The notes beneath the pieces were generated by a model, which worked only from the letters and a program-made list of their open reading frames with translations, did not search any database and was not told the origin of the DNA. Made by a program: the position numbers and the translations under genes. Below are positions 19,915 to 30,012 of a DNA stretch of 64,000 nucleotides, piece by piece. The stretch comes from Alphaproteobacteria bacterium. GTDB lineage: Bacteria; Pseudomonadota; Alphaproteobacteria; JABAAW01. How positions within the stretch are numbered: the first letter of the stretch is position 1; every line of letters starts with the position of its first letter. The stretch spans positions 1,612,315 to 1,676,314 of the forward strand of contig OZ244186.1 of assembly GCA_965216625.1 (NCBI GenBank), in the 5' to 3' direction.

Positions 19915-22900
19915 CTAACTACAGCCCGTCGTCTGTCCACAAGTCATACAAGTATAACAAGAACCACTGCGAACAAGCGTGATATGACCACAAAAATCAC
20001 AAGAATCACCAATCCCCTCATCCATCGTCTTTGTCTGTGTCTGTGTCTGTGAAACCAAAACCCCCGCCTCGTTCTCGCCCGCAAGCGCAGTGTGACGCAC
20101 GCCGCTCCCGCCGTTGCCGTTGCCGTTGCCGTTTCCATTACCATTACGTTTCACACTGAGCTCGCGTCGCACATAGCCACTGCTGGTGAGTTTGGTTAAT
20201 CTATCGATAGCCGCCAACGCCTCCTCGCTCAAACGCCCCTCGTCCTTGCCCTTGCCAAGCCCCGTGAAGTCAGCAGCATCAGGCAACTCAATATGTCCCA
20301 AATCATCGCGTCCCAAGTAGCTGATCGCAAGCTCGCGGAAGATGTAATCAAGAATAGAAGTGGCGTTGCGAATCGAAGCGTTCTCACGCACAATGCCGCT
20401 CGGCTCAAAGCGCGTGAAGGTGAAAGCATCGGCAAACTCCCTGAGCGGCACGCCGTATTGCAATCCGATGGAAACAGCAATGGCAAAGTTGTTCATCATA
20501 GAACGAAAAGCCGCCCCCTCCTTATGCATGTCGATGAAGATTTCTCCCAACGAACCATCCTCATACTCGCCCGTATGCAGATAAACCTTATGCCCCCCAA
20601 CAACAGCTTTTTGCGTGTAACTCTTGCGACGCGCGGGCAAGCGGTCGCGCTCGCCTCGTATGCTCGGCTGTGCTTGTGTCGGGATTTTCTTGTCCTCTAC
20701 CGCAAGCGTCTGCTTGTACTGCTCGAAGAGATCGTGCGCGATTTTCTTGGCAATCTCAAGAATGTGCGCCTGCGTCTCGGCTATGGGCGACTCCTCCTTT
20801 TCGCCGCGCGAGGTTGTCAGAGGCTGCGAGAGCTTCGAGCCATCGCGGTAAAGCGCATTGGCTTTAAGTCCCAACTTCCACGATTCCTCAAAGGCTTGTT
20901 GGCAATCTGCAATCGTAGCGTGATGCGGCATGTTGACAGTCTTCGATATAGCACCCGAGATGAAAGGCTGAGCGGCTGCCATCATGCGAATGTGGCTTTT
21001 GCAAGAAAGGCTGCGTTTTCCCTCAATCCCGCAGGAGGTTGCGCAGTCGAAAACGGCGAGGTGTTTCGCTTGCAACAAAGGCACTCCTTCGACGGTGAGC
21101 CTTCCGCAAATCTCCGCGTTGGCATCCGCAATCTCTTGCGCAGAAAACCCAAGCGCCGCCAGCACATCGCCGTTGCGTACAACAAGACGCTGAAACTCCT
21201 TCGCGCCCAGCGTGTGCGGCGTGAAGGCGTTGCGAATGTGGAAGGCACTTTTCAAGGCACGCTCGATGGCTTGGACGGATTTGCTCGCTATTCCTTCGCG
21301 CTCCAAGCGTGCGCGCGACAAGCCCTTGTCGTTCGACGAGAGCTTGCCGCTGCCCACGACGGCTTGCTCGATAGCGAGCGCATTTTCCTCGATGTATCCC
21401 AGCGATCGCAAGGCTGCGGAGAGGGTGGGATTGACAATCTTGAGCGTACCCCCACCGGCGAGTTTCTTCATCTTGACGAGCGCGAAATCGGGCTCAATAC
21501 CCATCGTTGCGCAATCCATGACGATGCCGATCGTGCCTGTCGGGGCGATCACGCTGACTTGGGCGTTGCGAAAGCCGTGCTGCTCGCCCTTCTCGATGAC
21601 ACGATCCCAAACCTCTCGCGCTGCCGTAGCGAGAGCCTTGTCGCGGCACTCTGAACTTTCAAACGCTACGGGAGGACGGCTCAACCCTTCGTAGTCTCCA
21701 TCCTTGCCTTGTGCGGCGCGGCGATGGTTGCGCATGACGCGCAGCATAGGTTCTTTGTTTTCTTGGAAGCGTGCGAAAGCTCCTAGTTCGGCAGCCATCT
21801 CTGCGCTTGTCTCGTAGGCTGTTCCGCTCATCAGCGAGCTTATGGCGGCGCAAAAGCTTCTGCCCTCGCTGCTGTCGTAGGGGACGCCGAAACTCATGAG
21901 CGTGCCGCCCAAGTTGGCGAAGCCAAGTCCGAGCGTGCGAAAGTCGTAGGAGTTGCGTGCGATGGCTTGCGAGGGAAACTGCGCCATAGCGACCGATATT
22001 TCCAAGGCACAAGTCCACAGACGCGTTGCGTGCGTGAAGGCTTCGGTGAGAAATCCTTCGTCGCTGCAGAATTGCAAGAGGTTGAAGGAGGCGAGGTTGC
22101 AAGCCGTGTCGTCGAGAAACATGTATTCCGAGCAAGGGTTCGATGCGTTGATGCGTCCCGAGTTCGGGCAGGTGTGCCACTCGTTGATGGTGGTATCGAA
22201 CTGGATGCCGGGGTCGGCGCTTGCCCATGCGGCGTCGGCGATTTTTGTCCACAGCGTTCGGGCGGAGAGGGTTTTGTAGGTGTTTCCATCGGTGCGTCGG
22301 GTGAGATGCCATGGCTCGTCGCGCTCGACGGCTTGGAGGAATCGCTCGCTGACGCGCACGCTGTTGTTGGCGTTTTGTCCCGATACGGTGAGGTAGGCGT
22401 TGCCCTGCCAGTCTGTATCGAAGGTTGAGAAGGGAATGCGTCGTTCGCCTTGCCGTGCTTTCAGCAAGGCTCTGACGAGAATCGATTCAGGCATACGCTC
22501 GCTACGCGCTGCTCTCAGGGCGGAGGCGAGCAGGGGGTTGGTATGCTCATCGTGGCGTTGTTTTTTCGGGATGTCGTCGCTGTGCGCGGCGTCCAAGATA
22601 TTGTCGAGGTGTTGTTGGCAGCGTTGTGCGCCGACGACCAACGAGGCGACTTTTTGTTCTTCAAGCACTTTCCAATCGATGAATTCCTCGACATCGGGGT
22701 GATCGATATCGACGACGACCATTTTAGCGGCGCGGCGGGTTGTGCCGCCTGACTTGATGGCACCGGCGGCTCGGTCGCCGATCTTGAGAAACGACATGAG
22801 TCCCGACGAGTATCCTCCGCCTGACAGGGGTTCGTTTTCGCCGCGCAGTTGTGAGAAGTTGCTACCTGTTCCTGAGCCGTATTTGAACAGACGGGCTTCG

Positions 22901-23559
22901 CGCACCCATAGATCCATGATACCGCTTTCGCCGACTAGGTCGTCCTTGACCGATTGGATGAAGCAGGCGTGGGGTTGCGGGCGTTCGTATGCCGAGTTCG
23001 CGAGCGCGAGGGTGTCGGTTTTTTCGTCTACATACCAGTGTCCTTGCGGAGGCCCGTCGATTCCGTAGGCCCAATACAATCCTGTATTGAACCATTGGGG
23101 AGAGTTAGGCGAGGCGATTTGTTTAGCGAGCATGTATCGCATTTCGTCAAAGAAGGTTTGTGCGTCTTCTTCGCTATCGAAGTATCCGTTTTTTGCTCCC
23201 CAATATGTCCATGTGCCTGTGATTCGGTCGAAGACTTGTTTGGCGCTCACTTCGCCTGTTGTTTGTTTTTCTTTTGGGAGGGAAGCGAGTTTTTGTGTAT
23301 TTGGGATGGATCGTTCGATGAAGGTTGGGATACCTTTTTCTTGGAGGGGTTGGAGGTATTTGGGGATACCTCGGCGGCGGAAGTATTTTTGCGCGAGGAT
23401 ATCGGTTGCGGTTGAGGACCAGGACTTGGGGACTTCCACATTCTTTTGTTGGAAGACGATATTTCCTGAGGCGTCTTGGATGGAGGCGGAGACGCGGTGG
23501 AAGGGGATGGAGGCGTAGGGGCTGATGCCGGCGCGGGTGTAGTGGCGGGGAATCTTCAA
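19915..23559 (-). CDS. nrdJ: Vitamin B12-dependent (class II) ribonucleotide reductase
   Basis: [34 protein letters not shown]-terminal CxxC pairs; likely TTG start at 23559 (ORF open to 23694). Confidence 0.96.
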   Translation of the reverse strand: MKIPRHYTRAGISPYASIPFHRVSASIQDASGNIVFQQKNVEVPKSWSSTATDILAQKYFRRRGIPKYLQPLQEKGIPTFIERSIPNTQKLASLPKEKQTTGEVSAKQVFDRITGTWTYWGAKNGYFDSEEDAQTFFDEMRYMLAKQIASPNSPQWFNTGLYWAYGIDGPPQGHWYVDEKTDTLALANSAYERPQPHACFIQSVKDDLVGESGIMDLWVREARLFKYGSGTGSNFSQLRGENEPLSGGGYSSGLMSFLKIGDRAAGAIKSGGTTRRAAKMVVVDIDHPDVEEFIDWKVLEEQKVASLVVGAQRCQQHLDNILDAAHSDDIPKKQRHDEHTNPLLASALRAARSERMPESILVRALLKARQGERRIPFSTFDTDWQGNAYLTVSGQNANNSVRVSERFLQAVERDEPWHLTRRTDGNTYKTLSARTLWTKIADAAWASADPGIQFDTTINEWHTCPNSGRINASNPCSEYMFLDDTACNLASFNLLQFCSDEGFLTEAFTHATRLWTCALEISVAMAQFPSQAIARNSYDFRTLGLGFANLGGTLMSFGVPYDSSEGRSFCAAISSLMSGTAYETSAEMAAELGAFARFQENKEPMLRVMRNHRRAAQGKDGDYEGLSRPPVAFESSECRDKALATAAREVWDRVIEKGEQHGFRNAQVSVIAPTGTIGIVMDCATMGIEPDFALVKMKKLAGGGTLKIVNPTLSAALRSLGYIEENALAIEQAVVGSGKLSSNDKGLSRARLEREGIASKSVQAIERALKSAFHIRNAFTPHTLGAKEFQRLVVRNGDVLAALGFSAQEIADANAEICGRLTVEGVPLLQAKHLAVFDCATSCGIEGKRSLSCKSHIRMMAAAQPFISGAISKTVNMPHHATIADCQQAFEESWKLGLKANALYRDGSKLSQPLTTSRGEKEESPIAETQAHILEIAKKIAHDLFEQYKQTLAVEDKKIPTQAQPSIRGERDRLPARRKSYTQKAVVGGHKVYLHTGEYEDGSLGEIFIDMHKEGAAFRSMMNNFAIAVSIGLQYGVPLREFADAFTFTRFEPSGIVRENASIRNATSILDYIFRELAISYLGRDDLGHIELPDAADFTGLGKGKDEGRLSEEALAAIDRLTKLTSSGYVRRELSVKRNGNGNGNGNGNGGSGVRHTALAGENEAGVLVSQTQTQTKTMDEGIGDSCDFCGHITLVRSGSCYTCMTCGQTTGCS

Positions 23560-23665
23560 GGGAGTTTCTTCTGTAGGAGTTAAGGGTGAACAGCTAAAAG
23601 GCAGTATAGCCTCTGATGGACGATGGCGAACTGTCCGCCTAGAGACTCCTTGAAGAGCTGAAATT

Positions 23666-23674
23666 TTATCCACA
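23666..23674 (+). promoter_or_regulatory. Perfect DnaA box upstream of nrdJ
   Basis: TTATCCACA about 110 bp upstream of the likely nrdJ start. Confidence 0.5.
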
Positions 23675-23709
23675 GATTTTTTTTGTCTACACACACTGAA
23701 TAGACACGG

Positions 23710-24215
23710 AACGGCGCGCGCGTACGCGCTTTATCGCAACCTAGCAAGCTGTTTTTGTGACGAAAGTCTGTGGCGCATTGCTTCGCAATGCGCTTTTGAA
23801 TAAGAGGCTACGCACTTCGCTTCGCTCGTGCGTAGATAAAGCGCGCTTGCGTGCGCGAGGGGATAAATTCCCCCCGCTGACGCGGGGTCTTTTGCGAGGG
23901 ATTACTCCCTCGCGCTCCCCGCGCGCTACGCGCGCGATGTTTTGCATCCGTAAAGGCTAACCGCTATCCCCCGCACTCCCCGCGTCATAGCGCGTTGCTT
24001 GCAACGCGCGTCCATGATGTTGCCAGCGCGCGATGTTTTGCATCCGTCAAGACTAACCGCTATCCCCCACACCCCCCGCGCACGCCATAGCGCGTTGCTT
24101 GCAACGCGCGTCCATGATGTTGCCAGCGCGCATGTTTTGCATCCGTAAAGACTAACCGCTATCCGTCATACTCCCCCGCGTGCAGCGCACGCGATGTTTT
24201 GCATCCGTAAAAAGC
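23710..24215 (+). repeat. Hairpin-rich modular intergenic repeat, copy C
   Basis: TTTTGAATAAGAGGCTAC...GTAG hairpin, core at 23874-23896, four ATGTTTTGCATCCGT units near 23937, 24033, 24132 and 24194. Confidence 0.9.
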
Positions 24216-24251
24216 GCGTCATCTGCCAAAAATCCTGCTACACTCCCCCCC

Positions 24252-24596
24252 ATGCCCACCGCCATAACCCTCCTCCAAACCCTCCTCCACGGCCGCCTAG
24301 TCGGACGCGACTCCCTCAATAACCGATACTACAAAGATAAAAATCCCAAAAAAACCCGCCGATGGGTCGTCTATAACAAAAAACCCGAAGACGCATCCCT
24401 CATTACCCCCGCCTGGCACGCCTGGATGCACCACACTACCAATATCCCCCCCTCCCAATCCCATACCCCGCGACTCCAACACGCCTGGCAAAAACCCCAT
24501 CAACCCAACCCCACCGGAACAGCCAAATCTCGAAGCTCAACAAAAAAACAACCCCCCAAAAAACCCTACGAAGCCTGGACTCCTCCCACCCCCTAA
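24252..24596 (+). CDS. NADH:ubiquinone oxidoreductase subunit NDUFA12 family
   Basis: LVGRDSLNNRYY, RRWVVY, PAWHAWMHH, WQKPHQPNPTGT, YEAWTP. Confidence 0.9.
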   Translation: MPTAITLLQTLLHGRLVGRDSLNNRYYKDKNPKKTRRWVVYNKKPEDASLITPAWHAWMHHTTNIPPSQSHTPRLQHAWQKPHQPNPTGTAKSRSSTKKQPPKKPYEAWTPPTP

Positions 24597-24633
24597 GAGC
24601 AAATCCCAAATCCCGAATCACAAATCCTCCGCC

Positions 24634-25176
24634 TTGACAACCCCAACACCCCCGCAACTCTCCACCGCGACTCTGCTCGCACGGCGACATCGCATCCGAC
24701 ACCGACTCTACGGAACCATCACCCTCCTCCTCTTCTCCCTCCTGCTCGCGCACTCCTACCGCGCCGATAGAACCCATGCCGCCAGCCAATCCATTACCCT
24801 CTTCGCCGACTTCCTCAAAGTACAAGGATTGCGCGCAGGAAACTCCGTCACACTCGGAGGCGTCGCCATCGGAAAAGTAACGAAAGTCTCGCTGCAAAAA
24901 CCCTCGATGAACGTACGCGTGCAAATCGCCATAGGCAACACCCTCGCCATCCCCGCCGACAGCGCCGCCATCATCCGAGCCCAAAACCTGTCAGGAAGCA
25001 TGAGCCTCGTCGTCGAGCCAGGCGGCGAAGAAACATCCCTGCAAGAAGGCGACTTCTTCACCTTCACACGCGAACCCATCGAACTACCCCAACTGATCAC
25101 AACTATCGTCGAACGCGCAGAACGCAATACCGCGCGTCCCGACGACACGCAACAAAACAACAGGAGCCACCCATGA
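24634..25176 (+). CDS. mlaD: MlaD/MCE family protein
   Basis: GLRAGNSVTLGGVAIGKV, IPADSAAII, VEPGG. Confidence 0.8.
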   Translation: MTTPTPPQLSTATLLARRHRIRHRLYGTITLLLFSLLLAHSYRADRTHAASQSITLFADFLKVQGLRAGNSVTLGGVAIGKVTKVSLQKPSMNVRVQIAIGNTLAIPADSAAIIRAQNLSGSMSLVVEPGGEETSLQEGDFFTFTREPIELPQLITTIVERAERNTARPDDTQQNNRSHP

Positions 25177-25619
25177 AACACAGCTGGTTCGAACTGATCG
25201 CAGGATTTGCCGCGCTCGCCTGCGCCGTCGTCTTCTTCCTATACGCAACAGCAGAAGAAACGGAAGAAGGCGAACAAACCTTTACCGCACACTTTCCCTC
25301 CAGCCGCGGCGTCGTGCGCGGTAGCGAAGTGCGCCTGAACGGCGTGGTGATAGGAAAGGTCACGCGCGTCCATATCGACCAAGACATCTTCGATGCCGTG
25401 ATAACGCTATCTATACAGGATTCGCTGCGCCTGCCCTTCGATAGCATGCTTGTAGCACAAAGCCCCCTGCTGCTAGGCGAAGCCTACCTCAATGTGATCC
25501 CTGGCAAAGAAACAACCGCCCTGCAAAGCGGCGATCGCATCGTCTCGACACGAAGCGAACCCACCTTCGAGGAAATTCTAGAACGCGCCATCTTCGTTGT
25601 CGGAGAACAAGCGCGATGA
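25173..25619 (+). CDS. mlaD: MlaD/MCE family protein (second copy)
   Basis: GSEVRLNGVVIGKV, LLGEAYLNVIPG. Confidence 0.85.
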   Translation: MKHSWFELIAGFAALACAVVFFLYATAEETEEGEQTFTAHFPSSRGVVRGSEVRLNGVVIGKVTRVHIDQDIFDAVITLSIQDSLRLPFDSMLVAQSPLLLGEAYLNVIPGKETTALQSGDRIVSTRSEPTFEEILERAIFVVGEQAR

Positions 25620-26095
25620 CACCTCCCCCCGCGCAACCCTGCCCGCACAACCCCAATATCGCGGCTTTTGCGATAACTATGTCCATGGTCATGGCGATTG
25701 CGATTGTGATTGTGATTTTCTCGCCCCCCCTCGCTTTCGGACAAGAGCTGCTCGACGACGACAAAGATGATTCCTCTGCCGAGCCTTTCGATTCCAAGCA
25801 ACGTCTGAAAGGAGGATCGAGCGCATCGCTGATCGGCTTGAACAAACGCTCGGGACAAGCGCGGAAACTGCGCGCTCCCGTCGGACAAAGCTTGCGCTTC
25901 GAAACGCTGACGATCAATCTCGTTTCTTGCACGCGCATCCTCTATCCGCGCTTTGAAGATTCGGCAGCCTTGCTGTCGATCTCGGAACGGAAAGAAGGAG
26001 TCTTGTTTAAAGGATGGATGTACGCACAATATCCCTCGTTGAGCGCGATGGATCACCCAATTTACGATGTGTGGGTCGAACGCTGTCTGCCTTGA
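25616..26095 (+). CDS. DUF2155 family protein
   Basis: FKGWMYAQYPSLSAMDHPIYDVWVERC. Confidence 0.85.
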   Translation: MTPPPAQPCPHNPNIAAFAITMSMVMAIAIVIVIFSPPLAFGQELLDDDKDDSSAEPFDSKQRLKGGSSASLIGLNKRSGQARKLRAPVGQSLRFETLTINLVSCTRILYPRFEDSAALLSISERKEGVLFKGWMYAQYPSLSAMDHPIYDVWVERCLP

Positions 26096-26142
26096 CAAGG
26101 CAATGACACGAAGGTTGCGACCCGCACAAAATTCTCGTTCTC

Positions 26143-26216
26143 GGCGGAGTAGCTCAGTTGGTTAGAGCAACGGAATCATAATCCGTGTGTCGGGGGTTCA
26201 AGTCCCTCCTCCGCTA
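26143..26216 (+). tRNA. tRNA-Met (CAT), probably elongator; CCA not encoded
   Basis: GGCGGAG acceptor stem, TAGCTCAGTTGG D-arm, ACGGA-ATCATAA-TCCGT anticodon arm, GGTTCAAGTCC T-arm. Confidence 0.93.
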
Positions 26217-26271
26217 TTTTTCCGCTATTTTTTGCGCTGTTTTTGCGCCGCCTCGCCTTCCTCCTCGCTTT

Positions 26272-27189
26272 TTATCTAGACCGCCCCCCACCTCCCTGAA
26301 AAACAGCGCGCACCACCCTGCCGTCGATGAGCGTAAGCCCCAAAGCAACAAGGGCAAAGCCCCCCCAAACCTGCAAGGTTAGAACCTCGTCCAAAAAAAT
26401 AGCCCCCAAAATGATTGCAATCGGCGCAATGATCAAGGTGCATAGCAGAAGGTTGGCAACGCCCGCCGCGCGTAGAAGGCTGTAGTAAAACAGATAGGCA
26501 ACGGCGGTCGAAACAACCCCCAGCCACAAAATCGCTGCCATCGAACGAATGTCGACTGCCAAAAAAGCTTGCAAGCCGTCGTGCTGAACCCCTACGAATG
26601 GCAAAAGAAACAGCGCGCCGCAAGTGGTCATGCCCGCCGCGTGGACGACGGGAGAACCCTCTCGTATCATAATCTTGCCGCTCGCGCCGCCGAAAGCATA
26701 GCTCACCGCCGCGGCCAGAACGGCGTATTGCGCAAGGCTAGAAACGTTGATCTGTTGCAAACTTTCAACCCCGATGACGACGACGACCCCGCAGAACCCT
26801 GCACCAACGCCGAGTGCTTTCGCCGTCGTCAACCTTTCGTCCTTGAAGAGAAGCGCTGCTAGCAAGGTTCCGAAGATGGCGGTTGTGGCGTTGAGAACGG
26901 CTGCAAGCCCTGAATCGATCTGCTGCTGCCCCCAAGCGATGAGGGTGAAGGGTAAAGAGGTGATCAGAACACCTCCCGCCGCCAAACCGCAGAGCAGCCG
27001 AAGGTTTCTCGGCACAGCAAGCCCTCGAACAACGACGATCGCCCAAAGAAGCACTGCGCCGATACTGATACGCAAAAAGGCGATCTCGGCAGGAGAGAAA
27101 TCCTTCAGCGCAACATCGATCATCAAAAAGGAGCTACCCCAACAGCAGCTCAACCCTAACAACAACAGCCAGCTACGTATGCTCATCAC
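26272..27189 (-). CDS. DMT/EamA family transporter
   Basis: WGSSF, WGQQQIDSGLAAVLNATT, two EamA-like repeats. Confidence 0.9.
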   Translation of the reverse strand: MMSIRSWLLLLGLSCCWGSSFLMIDVALKDFSPAEIAFLRISIGAVLLWAIVVVRGLAVPRNLRLLCGLAAGGVLITSLPFTLIAWGQQQIDSGLAAVLNATTAIFGTLLAALLFKDERLTTAKALGVGAGFCGVVVVIGVESLQQINVSSLAQYAVLAAAVSYAFGGASGKIMIREGSPVVHAAGMTTCGALFLLPFVGVQHDGLQAFLAVDIRSMAAILWLGVVSTAVAYLFYYSLLRAAGVANLLLCTLIIAPIAIILGAIFLDEVLTLQVWGGFALVALGLTLIDGRVVRAVFQGGGGRSR

Positions 27190-27359
27190 GATCCTTTGAA
27201 AAGTTCATCCCCCATGGCTTCATGCTAGCATGGGCGCAGATTTACCGACAACAAAAAGACTCTATCCTACCAACCAACCAACCGACCGACCAACCCGTGT
27301 TTACATAGCTTTGCTAGGCTTGGTCTCCCTTCTATCTTCTTCGTCGGTTTCTATCTAAT

Positions 27360-27425
27360 CTACGCGCCCCACCAATAGATGCATACGAACAAAAACAGCC
27401 ACACGGCATCGACGAACTGCCAGTA
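27360..27425 (-). repeat. Exact 66-bp duplicate of the cox3 3' end (att-like); decayed homology to ~27455
   Basis: 27360-27425 is identical to 28298-28363, including the stop codon. Confidence 0.92.
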
Positions 27426-27473
27426 GCAAGCGGTGGCTTCAAAGCCAAGGTGCGCGTTGCCAGTACGCGCAAT

Positions 27474-28253
27474 CTACTTTTTGACAAATAGCATGCCTGT
27501 GTCGCGCATAAATTCGCGTTGCATGCTTGAGCGTTCTTTCATCCTCTCGGTGTTTTTTTTGTCGAGCACAAAGCCGTATTTTTTAAAAACGCTGATCCAG
27601 TAATCTTGCTCGCGGCAGTTGACATGGTGAAAGCCCTCCCATCCCGGCGGTGCGGAAGTGCATGCGACACGATTCGCATGCTGCAAAATATCCATGTAGA
27701 AGGGTTGATACTTTTCCTCGACATGCTCAAGAAACTCGACGCACCACGCGAGATCGAAACGGCGTTTGCAAGGAAATACACCCGTCGTAAAATCGTGCAA
27801 GAAGTAGTGAGACTTCTTACGCTTAAGCGTGTAATCGCCGTCGATTCCGAAAGCTTCGATGCCGAGCTTTCGGGCAAGTTCAACTTGTCCTCCAGGTCCG
27901 CAACCCACATCGATCATGGAGGCAACGGCGAATTGTTCTTTCAGAAACACCAACGCCCCTTCGTCGAGAATCGTCTTTCCGAAGTGCCCTCCCAAATGGA
28001 CGGGAAGATGTCCTTTGGCGATAGATGCGTGGTGTTTGCAAATTTCTCTGTACAAGAAGTTGTTGAAGAGAAAAACACCCCTCCGAAGGGGACGAAGCAA
28101 GCGTTGCCAAAATCCTTTCTCTTGAAAAGATTTTTCGATAAGCGGCTTTTTACCCCAAACCCAAAGGAGTTCGAACCATCTTGCATGATTCAACAGCACT
28201 CGATTGTGAAGGAAACGCAAAAACGTAATATATGCGTTTAACATCCTATCCAA
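27474..28253 (-). CDS. Class I SAM-dependent methyltransferase
   Basis: MIDVGCGPG, FDLAWCVEFLEHV, HHVNC; visibly more AT-rich than its neighbours; start uncertain. Confidence 0.85.
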   Translation of the reverse strand: MDRMLNAYITFLRFLHNRVLLNHARWFELLWVWGKKPLIEKSFQEKGFWQRLLRPLRRGVFLFNNFLYREICKHHASIAKGHLPVHLGGHFGKTILDEGALVFLKEQFAVASMIDVGCGPGGQVELARKLGIEAFGIDGDYTLKRKKSHYFLHDFTTGVFPCKRRFDLAWCVEFLEHVEEKYQPFYMDILQHANRVACTSAPPGWEGFHHVNCREQDYWISVFKKYGFVLDKKNTERMKERSSMQREFMRDTGMLFVKK

Positions 28254-28297
28254 CTCTGCTTGTTAACTATCCTTGTTATGTTTCGTTTGCGCGCGTC

Positions 28298-29125
28298 CTA
28301 CGCGCCCCACCAATAGATGCATACGAACAAAAACAGCCACACGGCATCGACGAACTGCCAGTACCACGCGGCGGCTTCGAATCCGAAATGCTGTTGTGGA
28401 GTGAAATCTCCTTGCAAGGCGCGGTAGAGACAGACGATCAGAAAGATCGTGCCGATGATGACATGGAAGCCATGGAAGCCCGTTGCCATGTAGAAGGTTG
28501 AGCCGTAGATTCCGTCCTTCAAGGCGAAGGCGGCGTGCGAGTACTCGTACGCCTGCAAGGCGGTGAAGAGGATGCCTAAGGCGATCGTTATCGACAAGCC
28601 TTTGATGAGCCCTGCTCGATCACCTTCGAGAAGCGCACGATGCGCCCAAGTAGCGGTAGTTCCTGACAGCAACAAGACGACCGTGTTGGTGAAGGGCAGT
28701 CCGAAAGCATCGAAGGGACGAATTCCTTCGGGCGGCCAGACACCTCCGATCTGCTCGCTCGGAAAAAGCGACGCACCGAAGAATGCCCAAAAGAAGGCGA
28801 AGAAGAACATGACTTCGGAAAAAATGAAGAGCGCCATGCCGTAGCGCAACCCCAGTTGGACGACGGGTTTGTGGTCTCCCTTGTGCGCCTCGGCGATGAC
28901 ATCGCGCCACCAAAGTGCCATCGTCAGCAGAAGCAGGCAGGTGCCAGGAAACAGCAACCATCCTCCCCACGCCTCCAGCAGCGAGGTCGGCGACTCTCCC
29001 AACAGGGAGGGATGTAAGTAGAGGATAAAACCCCCCATAAACATAAAGCCGCCAAGCGCACCCAGCGCAGGCCAAGGGCTAGGTTCGACCAAATGATAGT
29101 CGTGCGAAGGTGTAGACGTAGACAT
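28298..29125 (-). CDS. ctaE: Cytochrome c oxidase subunit III
   Basis: HDYHLVEPSPWP, FIFSEVMFF, TGFHGFHV, AAWYWQFVD. Confidence 0.96.
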   Translation of the reverse strand: MSTSTPSHDYHLVEPSPWPALGALGGFMFMGGFILYLHPSLLGESPTSLLEAWGGWLLFPGTCLLLLTMALWWRDVIAEAHKGDHKPVVQLGLRYGMALFIFSEVMFFFAFFWAFFGASLFPSEQIGGVWPPEGIRPFDAFGLPFTNTVVLLLSGTTATWAHRALLEGDRAGLIKGLSITIALGILFTALQAYEYSHAAFALKDGIYGSTFYMATGFHGFHVIIGTIFLIVCLYRALQGDFTPQQHFGFEAAAWYWQFVDAVWLFLFVCIYWWGA

Positions 29126-29193
29126 CACATCCTCTGAGAAAAAATTTCTGCCATCGCGCGATGATACACGAAATGCGAAACTAAAAGCCACTG

Positions 29194-29832
29194 CTAATCG
29201 TCAAGAACATCGCCCAAGGCTTGCGGAAAAAAACTGTACGAAAGCGTCACCGTGTCGAAAGTGTCCCATTCTTCGTGGTCGCGCAACGCAGGATCGAGAA
29301 AAAAAACTACCTTCATCGCAACCTTTTCTTTCCCCCGCAGCGTTTGTTCGACAAAGCAGAAACACTCGATCTTGTGAAAATAGGCGCCCGCCTTCGCAGG
29401 CGTCACATTGTAGGTGGCGACCCCCGCAAGCGCACGCGAAGACAAATTCTCCGCCGTGTAGAAAGTCTCGTAGAGCTCGCCGAGGGTAACCTCCATCTCG
29501 ACCTGCGAGGGCGCAAACCGCCAGTCGAGACCATTCACATTGCCATCGAAACGCACACTGATCGTCTGTGCCTCGGCTCGCTTTGTCAAGCCGAGCAGCT
29601 CCCGCAAACTGCTTTTTTGCGTCGTGCCACCGAAACCCGTCGCGCGGCAAAAAAGATCGTACAGCGGAACAGAGGCGAAACTCAATCCCAGCATGAGGGC
29701 GCCGAAAAAAAAGACCCTCAACGCAAGACGACGATTGCGAACACCCAATTCTCTTCCTTTCGCTTGTCCTTTCTCTTTCCGCTCACCCATCGTTACTTGC
29801 TTGGCTACTTGCTTGTTGGATGTTCTCGTCAT
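29194..29832 (-). CDS. ctaG: Cytochrome c oxidase assembly protein CtaG/Cox11
   Basis: VPLYDLFCRATGFGGT, KIECFCF. Confidence 0.95.
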   Translation of the reverse strand: MTRTSNKQVAKQVTMGERKEKGQAKGRELGVRNRRLALRVFFFGALMLGLSFASVPLYDLFCRATGFGGTTQKSSLRELLGLTKRAEAQTISVRFDGNVNGLDWRFAPSQVEMEVTLGELYETFYTAENLSSRALAGVATYNVTPAKAGAYFHKIECFCFVEQTLRGKEKVAMKVVFFLDPALRDHEEWDTFDTVTLSYSFFPQALGDVLDD

Positions 29833-29993
29833 GAATACTTGACGATCGACAAGGCATAGAGCGCCACGACGAGCAACAACATTAAAACTAACAAGGCTCT
29901 GTTCTTACGCCGCCTGCTCGAAGTCCAAAGCTCCTCGTTGCGCTCGCTCTTGCGCTTGTCGTTGTTTTTTTTGCCTGATGCCTTGTGTTTCAT
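29829..29993 (-). CDS. Small single-TM protein of the cox operon
   Basis: RRRKNRALL followed by a hydrophobic tail, between ctaB and ctaG. Confidence 0.55.
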   Translation of the reverse strand: MKHKASGKKNNDKRKSERNEELWTSSRRRKNRALLVLMLLLVVALYALSIVKYS

Positions 29994-30012
29994 CGCGTCG
30001 ACTGGTTGTTTG

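Noticed and set aside
19915-23559. Intein or intron in nrdJ
   Set aside because: The length fits the long alphaproteobacterial NrdJ, and no splicing or homing-endonuclease motifs were recognised.
23930-24210. ATGTTTTGCATCCGT repeats as a CRISPR array
   Set aside because: The intervening sequences are near-duplicates of each other, so this is a tandem module and not unique spacers.
19604-24215. nrdJ as cargo of a composite transposon formed by inverted copies B and C
   Set aside because: nrdJ beside NDUFA12-mlaD-DUF2155 is, to my knowledge, a common alphaproteobacterial arrangement, so the gene is probably native; no transposase or target-site duplication is seen.
24634-25619. Two tandem mlaD genes as a novel duplication
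   Set aside because: Paired mlaD genes after NDUFA12 occur commonly in alphaproteobacteria.
27360-28393. cox3 duplication as a DGR template/variable repeat pair
   Set aside because: Differences are not adenine-specific, they are confined to one side of an exact block, and no reverse transcriptase is present.
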